NCBI RefSeq assembly: GCF_027887165.1
Contig: NC_077233.1
Coordinates: forward strand, 136,113,080 to 136,177,079
Direction: 5' to 3'
Length of the DNA: 64,000 nt
Origin: Monodelphis domestica
Lineage: Eukaryota
Of the stretch, positions 11,145 to 21,640 are shown one piece after another. The position numbers and the translations under genes are program-made. The notes under the pieces are model-generated. The model was not told the origin of the DNA and did not search any database. It was given only the letters and a program-made list of their open reading frames with translations. The stretch's first letter is position 1, and every line of letters begins with the position of its first letter.

Positions 11145-12379
11145 AGGGAGGTGAGGGAGCTAATCCTCACTCTCTGCTATGAAACTGCCAGAAGAAGAAC
11201 AATTCAATTAAAAGTATATGTTCTGGTCTCAGACACTTCCTAGCTGTGTGACCCTGGGCAAATCACTTAACCCCAAATGTCTAGTATTTACAACTCTTCT
11301 GAGAAGGTAAGGGTGTATTTAAAAGGAAAAAAGTACATGTTAATTATCTGATATTTATAAGACACTGTACTAGGACTGGAAATAACACTCCCTTCAGTCT
11401 TAAGAGGGGTCACAGTACAACATTTTAAGAGATAAGCAAGTAGGAGATAATTTGAGGAGAGAGAGAACAGTAAAAACAGGGTGGGACAGAAGGGGAATGA
11501 GATCAGCCAAAAAGTCCCTTAGAAGGTGGCACCAGAATGAAAGGAGAGGAAATGGCTAGTCAAGTTGAAGGTATAAGGCAAAGTCAATACATTATCTCTT
11601 TTCAAAAAAAAAAAAAACAGGTTAAAAGATCTATAGAAATAGGAAAACCTATTTTGGTTAGGGGGACAAGTGACATCATTAGAGTTAGGGAATTATCTAT
11701 GCTCACTCCACCCTCATCCGTAAACTGTTCCTGCCTCTTTGTCCCAAAAGGACATTTAAAATAGTCTTAAAGAAAAAGATTGCAGTATGTGTATATGTGT
11801 GTGTGTGTTTATGCGCATTCGAGTGTGTATGAAAATGCTTAGGTCAAAGGGTTATATAGGTCCTGAGCCAGAAGACTAGAAGGACCTGATATATGTGAAG
11901 GCTGAAAGGAAAAGTCTTCTTTAAGATGACATTTCAAATAATGAAAGCATGGGAAAGAAGGAATGAAATGGTAACAATTTATATTCAGGCTAAATTGTAA
12001 GCATTTTCTAGTTGACTATCCTGTAAGTGCAAGTAATTTTTATCTCTATTTTACAGGTGAGGAAAGTGAGGCTCAAGGAGAAATGATTTGCCTCAGATCA
12101 ACAGAGCAACACTAAGTGGCAAAGGGAGGACTAGAACCCAGACGTCCTATTTCCAGACCAGGGGCTCTTTCCATTATACTTGAATGCCCGTGGGGACAGG
12201 AAGAGAGGCGGTGGGGGGAAGTGGGGGTGAGGACAGGACTGTGCCAAAAGTATCAGGAAGTGGGATGGAGGAAAAGGGATGGCTCTAAACACCCTCTTTC
12301 TCCCTTTTGCCTTTTACAAATAACAAGGTAGAGACAAGTGAGAACATTTGCATCAGGGTGGGATTCAGCATCTGCAGCT

Positions 12380-12720
12380 ACTGTCCCCTAAACTATGGTA
12401 CCTCTTAGGGCTCTCTTCTACGAGCCTGTAGCCAAAGCACTCCTCTCCCCCCAACTTCCTTCTCTTTTACCCTATCTCCCATTGCCCGTATTGTAAGCTC
12501 CCTCTCAGCGGCAACTATGCGAGCCCCTAGCTCTCACCCTTTAAATGCCCAAATGAAGTCCTGGAGCCCACCTGACGTCACGTGAGGAACCTAGAGGATA
12601 CGGACTACACATGCGCATTCACTCCGTCTCCTAACCTTCATAGCCAAGTTATGTACCGGAGCGTAAAGGTCCTAAGCGGCTGAGCTCTTCAGTTCCGGAA
12701 ATTATGACTGGGTGAAACCA
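12380..12720 (-). promoter_or_regulatory. CpG-containing promoter-like element with CRE (TGACGTCA 12573-12580), overlapping E-box CACGTG (12579-12584) and ETS-like TTCCGG motifs. It is a candidate upstream TSS or non-coding first exon of TMEM219.
   Basis: A local CpG cluster sits in an otherwise AT-rich, CpG-depleted region about 1.4 kb 5' of the TMEM219 ATG. A possible donor GTCAG|gtgggc lies on the minus strand at about 12565-12575. Confidence 0.35.
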
Positions 12721-13739
12721 TTATGACATATAATACAGGGATAGAGGGGAAAATATTCACATTCCCTCCTTTCTCCCCCGAAAAAAGGCTGATATTATAG
12801 CGATAGAGGTGTCAGTTTTTATCTGAAATATCCCTACAAATGTAAAATTCCTCTGTATATTAAGAGATAGTTACATTTGTCGCCGGCACTAAATTGGACT
12901 CCTCCCTCCTCTTGCTCATACCTGGCCTCTCCCCGACGAGAAGGATCCCACGTGGGAAATGTGGGTGGGGTCTTCACTTTAGACTATTTGGTGATACTCT
13001 CTGCTTTCACTCCTGTTACTCTTCCTAGTCTTTTGTGTATCTAGTTACAGTCTATTCCACGGTGACAAATAGTGGCCTTTTACAAGGTGCAAAGTGTTCG
13101 GAATACAAAGGCAAAAAAAATTTTTTTTTCCAGATAGCTTATATATTTTTGTATCCAAACCTATTCACTAACTTTAAACAATTTCTCATGCAAGGTATTG
13201 TACTAGATGTTGCTACTACAAAGACAGAATGCAAAACTTCTTTGCTTTCAAAGAGCATTCAGTCTCCTGGGAGGAGACAGCTCGGAGGCGAGATTGTATA
13301 TAAAGATATATAGTTAAATATAGATATACACAATTATTTAAGAAATGATACTAATCATTAGGAGAATCAAGAAAAACTTAACAGTGAGAAGGGGCACATC
13401 TTGAAAGAAGTCAGAGATTTTTAGGCCAGAGATGAAGAGGAAGTGCATTCCAGACCCAGGAAATGGCTGATGCAAAGTCACAAAATTGGCGGGGGGGTAG
13501 GGGTATGGGATTTGGAATACCAAGATTAGGAATGGCAATAAAGACAAGCAAGTGTCTCACTGAAGTTTAACAAGAGGCTTTAGGGAGTAAAAAAATAAAA
13601 ATAAAAAATATCTGAAGAGAAATTTATTCATTTTTGTTTTGTTGCTTCTGTTGTTTTATTTTTTTAAATTTTATTTAATTAGTTTAAACATTATTCCTTG
13701 GTTACAAGAATCATATTCTTTCCCTCACCTCCTCCACCG

Positions 13740-14250
13740 CTTCCTGTAGTCAATGTAGTTGAGGTGTAATTCTGCTGTTGTTTTACATGTGTCCTTGATC
13801 AGAACCTATTTCCATGTTGTTGATGTTTGCACTAGGATGATCTACATCCTAGTCTACATCCCCAATCACATCCCCCATGGAATCAAGCAGTTATTTTTCT
13901 TCGGTGTTTCTACTTCCACAGTTTTTCCTCTGAATGTAGATAGTGTTCTTTCTCATAGATCCCTCTGGGTTGTTCAGGATCACTGCATTGTCACTAATGG
14001 AGAAGTCCATTATATTTGGTTGTACCACAGTGTATCAGTCTCTGTGTACAATGTTCTCCTGGTTCTGCTCCTTTCACTCTGAATCAGTTCCTGGAGGTCA
14101 GTCCAGTTCACATGGAATTCCTCCACTTCATTATTCCTTTGAGCACAATAGTATTCCATTGCTGGGGACTGCTACAGAGTTGCAAGAAAGAAAGAAAGAC
14201 TGGAACATTATCAAAGCAAGGATAATGAACGTTTATTGTATGTAGTACAC
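13740..14250 (-). mobile_element. L1 3'-end fragment in reverse orientation
   Basis: Its plus strand matches the minus strand of the L1 at 41.9-42.1 kb (...IVPQCISLCVQC... antisense ORFs). The same family recurs at 62.86-63.05 kb. Confidence 0.6.
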
Positions 14251-14859
14251 AAGATTTTAAGCTCTTCTCCAGAGAAACAATCTATCTTCCCCAATCCTTC
14301 CCAGAATGTGAACAGGGGAGTTAACCCGTTCTCAGGAAATCTTGGAACTGTTCATGCAGCCTTGAACTGAGATTACTATGTTTTGGCGTACTCAGCAGGA
14401 ATAGTATGTCACAAACACCTGGGAAGAGGAACTCTATTCTGTGAGATTTAAAATAGTGAAGCCCATAAACTGTAGTGAGTTAAAATGGTGGAAGATATAA
14501 ATTGTGATAGATATAAGAGAGGGTGAGTAAATTTGACCGCAGAAAATATGTTTCACTACAGTGTCTTGGTTTTTAAATCAAATATAAGGTGGTCACCAGG
14601 GAAATATTCCCAATTATTCAAATACCCAAGTCAACTGGGTTTTATAGAGATTTTTAATTAATAATATAATGAGGAATTAGAGAAAGAGAGAAAGAGTAGG
14701 AAAGGAATAATTATGAAGGGCCTCAAGCCAATATGGCCTAGACCTGAGTCTTAAGAGAGAGAATTAGTCAGTCAGTCTTTTAACACTCACAAGGTCTGCC
14801 TAAACAAGGATTCTAGTGACACCAGGCCAGCTCCATCTCAGCTGACTTCACCAGAGAGC

Positions 14860-15070
14860 CTTTCAGCCAGAGACTGTTCCAAAAGGCCTCTCTCCAGAGC
14901 CTCCAGAGGGACAGAGTCCCCTTAGAGGAGCTCCAGGGAGACCTCCTTAGAGATTGTCCTCCAAGAGCTTCCCTTCTCCAGAGCCTCTCTCAAGAGATTC
15001 TTCCCAAGCGATCCTCATCAGAGATCCTCCAAAAGGAATTCCTCCAAAAGGATATCCTCAAGAGATTCTG
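14860..15070. repeat. Degenerate minisatellite (CTCCAGAG/CCTCCAAAAGGA-type units of about 20-25 bp)
   Basis: Visible periodic repetition of ...cctccagag..., ...cctccaaaagga... motifs. Confidence 0.5.
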
Positions 15071-15177
15071 CTTTTTCTTATATAGGGGTTTTTCTCCCAT
15101 GTCACCTCCCCTAAGTCCCTACATCTACCAATCACTGTAGACGATTTCCAAAGGACTGCCCATCTAAATTCCTGCTA

Positions 15178-15310
15178 AGTCGACCAATCCCTTCAGTAAG
15201 TCTGAATCAGAAAAAATGCTGCTGTGTTGACCAATCTCCTCAGTAAGTCTGAAAGAGAGAAAACACAGCTGAGTCAACTAATCTCATCAAGAGAAAACTT
15301 GCCTGACCCT
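15178..15310. repeat. Tandem repeat of about 47 bp, about 2.7 copies (gtcgaccaatcccttcagtaagtctgaa...)
   Basis: Three successive units gt(c/t)gac(c/t)aatc(c/t)c(t/a)tca(g/a)taagtctgaa... seen by eye. Confidence 0.55.
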
Positions 15311-15589
15311 TTTAGGTACACCAGCATCCCATTGTATCAATTCTAAAAACAGGCCTGGCTCAAAGAACTCCTTGACTTATTATAAGCATGGGTCCAAGTA
15401 CTTTCATTGTTTAGCAAGGAGTTTTCTCTCCTAAAGCAGTCTTAAGTACGGTTGGAGTAGAGGTCCTCCCATTTCTGATCCTGGCGAGTTCTCACATCAA
15501 AATGGGGAATGTTTCTCAGTAGGGAATTGGAGGTTTCCTCAATGTGGAGTAAAATTTTTAACATTCATAAGTCTGTGAAATTTTAAGGT

Positions 15590-15990
15590 TTACAATTCCA
15601 TGAGGTCATGAAAGGTTCACTGCATTCCATCACCAACATATACCACAATTTGTTCAGTCATTCCCCAATTGAAGGGCATTCCCTCATTTTCCAATTTTTT
15701 GCTACCACAAAGAGTGCAGCTATGAATATTTTAGTACATGTCTTTTTCCTTATTTTCTCTTTGGGGTATAAACCCAGCAGTGCTATGGCTGAATCAAAGG
15801 ACAGACAGTCTTTTAGCACCCTTTAGGCATAGTTCCAAATTGCCCTCCAGAATGGTTAGATCAATTCACAACTCCACCAGCAAAGCATTAATGTCCCCAG
15901 TTTTGCCACATCCCCTCCAGCATGCATTACTTTCCTTTGCTGTCATGTTAGCCAATCTGCTAGGTGTGAAGTGATATCTCAGAGTTGTTT
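15590..15990 (-). mobile_element. L1 ORF2 C-terminal fragment in reverse orientation
   Basis: Plus-strand ORFs (FSHSPIEGHSLIFQFFATTKSAAMNIL...; WGINPAVLWLNQRTDSLLAPFRHSSKLPSRMVRSIHNSTS) are near-identical to antisense ORFs of the L1 at 41.5-41.8 kb. Confidence 0.65.
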
Positions 15991-16429
15991 TGATTTGCAT
16001 CTTTGAAGAGAAATTTAAAAAATTATCAGGAATTTTAAAAAATTCTCAGGGGAAGGAGGAAGGGGTTGTACCCTCGAGCTTTCTCACAAAGGCTCCTTCT
16101 AGAATTCTGTCCTGGGAATGCCTGACCCCAGGGAAACATCAGACTTTCTATATCATTCTGAAGTATCTGGAAAATCTCTTCAGTAGAACTTAGGTTTAGT
16201 CTATGCCTAGAAGGTCCCCTAAAAGGAATTTAACAACAATTTTTAGGAAAGTTACTTAATATAAGTAGTAGTATATATGGGGTACTGATTGATGTCTATA
16301 TATATTTTCTCATAGAGTAATACTTAAAATGCAGAAGACATAAGCACATTGATAAATACTTGGTAAGACTTGAAACAGTAACAAAGGACTTAAAAGAACT
16401 CATGAATTGATACATAAATATATCTATTG

Positions 16430-17500
16430 TCCATGGTAGAATCTAGGAACCCTCAAATTTTTAGCCTAGTAAGATCTAATAAACCCCAAATTTTAGGATT
16501 AGTTTGTAAATTGGAGACCCCAAAGCTAGTCTTTGTTCCCTTGAGAATCCACCTCGAAGGTGTTAGGGTCCGGGTTTTCGCCCACCACCATGGAAGACCA
16601 ATAGACAATGCAATTAGCAGGAGGGCCTTGTTTATTGAACTGGTGTGCACCAGCAGCACACACCAGGGGAGCTCCACCATAGAGTTCCAACTGTAGTCTG
16701 GGGATGCTGGGATATATATGCCCTCCAGCATGCATGGCCCCCCAGTCCCTATCTGGTACATAACATTGTTGGAATGATTGCCAGCATTTATGGTTCCTAA
16801 GCTCTTATCTGGGACCTACCTACTGCTAGGACCTTTGTTTTGACATATTAACTTCTAAGGTCCAGCAGTTTCTGATCAGGCCCCTAAATTATCTGGTACC
16901 CACTGCTGGGATCTTTGACATATTAACTTCCAAGGCTCAGCAGTTCCTGCTCCCTCAAAGGTAATCTCAGACTAGCAGTTTCAGACTGAATAATAGACCT
17001 CAGATAAATTATAATCTCAGTTAGCTGGGGGTAAGCAAATACTAAATTTCCTTTTATCTTAGAAGTTTTCCCCAGTGTATAAGGCCTGTTCCCAAGAAGA
17101 CCTATATTTGGGCAGGGACCATCCCTTTAGTATCCATTAGGCACCATAGCCTCTGGCTATGGTTTCTTTCCCAAGCCTGTCAACTAGTTTGGACACGCCC
17201 ATTTCCTTGTAGCCATGGTAATATCAATCAATCATATTTCCCTGTCCCTTGGTTTCCCAAAAGGTATATACATTCCCCAAATTCTTTTGTTCCTTGGAGT
17301 CATCTAGCAAAGTGTCACTCCCAGGGATAATGTTCCCAGAGTCCCAGGGTGTAGACCTTGTAAAAGTTTTGGTGCCAGGCTCTGAGTAAGGGGCCAAATA
17401 TTGGACTTATCCCTTTCCTGATTAAAGACTTGTTTTTGTTTTTGTTTTACTGCTTTGGTAGTTCTGTATTATTTCCAAGTTAACACTATAAACATAGAAG
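16430..17500. repeat. Copy A of an unclassified interspersed repeat of about 1 kb, possibly LTR-like. A paralogous copy lies at 18380-19140.
   Basis: Shared blocks: ...cagactgaataatagacctcagataaatt... / ...ggactgaacaatagaccttgaagtg... and ...cccagagtcccag...gccaaatattg...ttaattaaagac...ttccaagttaaca... occur in the same order in both copies. Confidence 0.45.
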
Positions 17501-18379
17501 CCTATTAAAATGCAGAAATACCTATTTCTATTCCTTTCTATGATTCTCTCATCAAGTAGAAATTCTTATGAGACTAAGGGAATTGAAAAGATTTCACTTT
17601 CATTTCAATCTGCACAGCCCAATCTGCAAATCAAGGGAGGTTCCCATTTTCTGCAAAACTGTAACCTTCTATGATAGTCATCTCCTCTGAGGAGGGGCAA
17701 AATTTTAGGAAGTACTGTTGGACAACCAGCACCCAGACTTCTTAATGACTCCAGACCTATCTAGCTAAAATATAGCCACTAAAGCTAGGAATATCAGAAT
17801 CTATGTGGAAAGCTGTTGGTCTCAAATCACATTTTTATCATAAATATATTTTATTTTAACAATTACATGTAATAACAAATATCCACATAATTTTTCTTCT
17901 TATATGATCCAAATTTTCTCCCTTCCTCCTTTCCCTCTACCCTCCCAGAGCGGGCAAGCAATTTAGTCTGTATTATCATACTGTCAACTGGGTTTTCTGC
18001 AAGTTTCAAGTTTGCCCCTGCCCCTTGAGAACTCAAACGGAAGGAAGAACCAGGTGTTATGGGTGTGGAAGGATACCCTTGGGTTCAGGAAGGATACCTT
18101 TTGCAAGCATGCAATGACTCCAAAACTTAGCTTAAAAACAAAAAGAGATTTATTAATTTAGAGAGTAATGTTGAGAGTGGCCAGGAGGATAGCAAGGTAG
18201 AACAGCAAGATGGGGAGCAGTTCCTTGGGAGGACAGCATGAAAGGAAAGGCTGTTCCTCCATGGGGACAGCATGGATGGAGAGGCTGTCCCCCAGACGAC
18301 ATCAGTTCTGGGGATTTTATACATTCTTCACAACAGTTAGTCACTCAGGCATGAGGTGGGGTGATCGTACTGGGGTCTG

Positions 18380-19140
18380 CCTGGGGACATAAAGATTCCT
18401 TAGTTTTAGGGGACAAGCAGATGTCCAATAGGATCGAGGTGCAGTCTGAAGGTGCATCTTTCTGACCATCTAGAGGACGATCAGAGGGAAATAGTCATCT
18501 CAGGACCCTAGGTGGGGTCATTGGATGTTTTTAGGCTCAGAGTCAGAAAAGGGAGTTTCCTTGACAATAGTTCGCCTGGGTTTCTGGGGTACAGTGCCCA
18601 TGTCACAGGCACACCTGTTTTGGACTGAACAATAGACCTTGAAGTGTTTGGTGACCCCAGTTTGGGTGGGACTAGTAGATATAGCCAAATATTGAGTACC
18701 CTTATTTGTCTTAGTAGTTTCTCCCATTGTATTAAATAAAGTCCTCCCTCAGGAAGTCCAGATCTTAGTTTGATCCTTTCCTTTTGTATTCATTGTAACT
18801 GACCATTCCTTGATACCCCAGCTGCTGGTTACAGCCTCTTTGCAGCCTATTTGTAGTCTGTCCATGCATACTTGCTGTATCAAGTTCTCCTGAGGGTATA
18901 AAAGACCTCTAAGTTCTGTCACTCTTCAGAGAATCATGTCATGCAGTGCATTCTCAAAGATACTATTCCCAGAGTCCCAGAGCCCTTGGCTTTGTGTGGT
19001 TTTTAGGCGCTTGACTCTGTGTGGCAGCCAAATATTGAACGTTATCTCTTTCCTAATTAAAGACAAGATTTTTGTGATTGCTTTAGAAGTTCCATGTTTT
19101 TTCCAAGTTAACAATACAAAACACATCTCCATATTGTTCA
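18380..19140. repeat. Copy B of the same unclassified repeat
   Basis: See copy A. It contains aataaag and the same block order. Confidence 0.45.
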
Positions 19141-19689
19141 TTTTTGTAAGAGAATGATCATAAAAAATAAAAACTCAAAGTACAGTGAAAATTGTATGTC
19201 AAGCCACACTTTTGAAAGTTTTTTTCCTATAATTTTATTGTCATCATCATATAAATTATTCTTCTGCTTCTCACTTCACTCCATCTCAGTTTGGCTGTAT
19301 CAGTTCATCAGTTTCCCATTTTTCCTTGAAACTGTCCATTTCCTATAGCATTTCATTTGTAAATCATAATTTGTTTATTCTCCAATAGATAGGCACTCCC
19401 TTAGTTTCCAGGGGCATTTGGGCACATGCCCAAATCACTAAGACAGAGGCACCCACATGGGAGTTAGCAGGGATCTGCTTCAGGAGAAGACATGTTTAAT
19501 TTCTCATCTTGTAGGTAGGAGCAGCTTCTTTCTGTTCCACTGGAATAGGTAACATCTAAAACTAACACCCTGGGAAACAAAGTAGGTGCCTATCAATTGG
19601 GAAATGACTAAACAAATAATTATATGCCAGTTTGGGGAAATTACAAAAAGAACTGCTATAAATTGTGAACTTAAAGATTACTCTACTTA

Positions 19690-20990
19690 ATCTAAAAAAA
19701 TCAGGAATGTCTATACCCATACTTAAGGATTAAGTATTTAGGAGGATGGCCTTCAACAGACATGTGCTAGCAAATGACAAATCAGAAATAGCTGACAGAC
19801 CCCTGGGCTGTCCTAAGTCAAGCTTAAGCTACCATTAGTACAGGTGAGACACAGGAAAGTGATGCAAAACTGCCTATATATTTTGCATCACTTCCTCTCT
19901 CAGGGCTCTTTCCCCGGAGAGGTGGCTCTGGCTGGCAGCATGCAGAGCATCTTGGCATCTTGGCATGGCTGCAACTATTGTCCAGTTTGTCAGTGAGTTT
20001 TCCTTGATACTATACTGGGAGAAGCTGAGTAGCTAGTTCAGGTTCAGGCATCTTAGCTGAGCTCTCTTGGAGTTTAGGCTGATTCCTTTCTCCTTTACCT
20101 TTCAAACACTATCCTCCTAGAGAAGCCTCTAATCTTCCCCCTGGCACAGGCCAGGCAGGAGAAATCATACACCTTTTCCCTCTCCCTTCTCCTTAATTTC
20201 TTTCCTCTATATTAATTAAAATCACCATAAATTTCCAGCTGACTTGGGTATTTTATTTGGAATATCCCCTGGCGACCAAAATTAATTTAGTTTGTGAATT
20301 TTAAAACTACTCCACTCTACTCAGACCATACTTTAGAAGATCTGATTTAGCTATTTCCTCATTAGTAACAATGGAGATACTTGGTCTAACAGAATCAAGT
20401 CTTGGGAACTCTACATTTTTCCACCCTACTTAGTTTAACAAGGTCAGGAATGTCTGCACCATACTCAAGGATTAAGTATCTGAGAAAATGGCCTTCAACA
20501 GACATGTATAGAAACAGCAGACAGACCCCTGGGCTGTCCTAAGTTAAACTAAGCTAACATTGGTACAGATGAGACGCAGGAAAGTGATGTAAAACCATCT
20601 ATATAGGGCACGTCAGTTCCTCTCTTCAATCTCTTTTCCCAGAGAAGCATCTCTGGCTGGCAACGTGCTAAGCATTCTGACATCTTGGCATGGTGACAGC
20701 TATTTGTCTGGGTTTGACAGTGAGTTTGCCCTTGAGCTGATTCAGGTTCAGGCATCTTGGCTAAGCCCTCTTGGAGTTCAGACTGATTCCTTCCTCTTTT
20801 AGTCTCCAAAACCTTACCTTCTAGAGCCTCTAATCTTCCTGCCCGGCACAAGCCAGGCAGGAGAAATCCTACACCCTTTCCTTCTCCCTTCTTCTTAAAT
20901 TTCTTTCCACTATATTAATTAAATCACCATAAATTTCCAGCTGACTTGGGTATTTTTTTTTAATTTGTGATATCCATGGTGACCAAATAA
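19690..20990. repeat. Tandem duplication: two units of about 600 bp (19690-20290 and 20440-20990) at about 85-90% identity by eye, spaced by about 150 bp
   Basis: Long collinear matches: caggaatgtct..accatactcaaggattaagtat...ggccttcaacagacatgt...cagacccctgggctgtcctaagt...ggcatcttggcatgg...ttcaggttcaggcatcttagctgagctctcttggagtt...gccaggcaggagaaatc...ttaattaaaatcaccataaatttccagctgacttgggtatttt. Confidence 0.7.
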
Positions 20991-21430
20991 TTAATATAGT
21001 TTAGGTCACAATGCTAAAATTATCCTTTACAAGTTTATGTCACACCCCTAAAATTATCCTTACAAAATAATATTGTACATGAGTCCTGGTTTATTTCTTT
21101 TTTTTTTATCACTTTGGAATATAGTTGTAGTATAGTTAAGTCAAAGAGTATGCACAGTTTAGTTATTTTTATACACAGTTCCAAATTACTTTCCTAAATG
21201 GCTGGACCAACTCAGATCCATTGACAATGCACTAATGTGATTGTTTTCCTCATGGTCTTTTCAATATTTAAGTGGAACCTCAAAGTTGTTTTAATTTCTA
21301 TTTATCTAATTATTATGGATTTGGAGTATTTTTTTCCAAATGGTTCTTAATAGCCATGAGCTCTCTCCTCTGTCACATGTACATAGTGAAGGAATGCCCT
21401 TAATGAAAAAGACTTAAGAAATCATTTAGC

Positions 21431-21640
21431 TAGAGGGCAGCTAACTAGTTCCATGGATTGAGAACCAGACCTAGAGACAGGAGGTTCTAGGTTCAAACCT
21501 TGATCTCAGACACTTCCTAGCTGTGTGACTCTGAATAAGTCACTTAACCCTCATTTTATAGCCTTACCATTCTTCTGCCTTGGAACCAATAAACAATACA
21601 TTATTGATTCTAAGATGGAAGGTAAAGGTTTAAGAAAAAG
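21431..21640 (+). mobile_element. MAR1-type SINE
   Basis: tagagggcagctaactagttccatggattgagaacc...ggttcaaacc...ctagctgtgtgactctgaataagtcacttaaccc... Confidence 0.75.

Noticed and set aside
16427-16761. Overlapping ORFs of 69-102 aa on both strands that could hint at a retroviral env/TM fragment
   Set aside because: I could not recognise any retroviral motif (no CX6CC, immunosuppressive domain or fusion peptide). They were left as part of an unclassified repeat.
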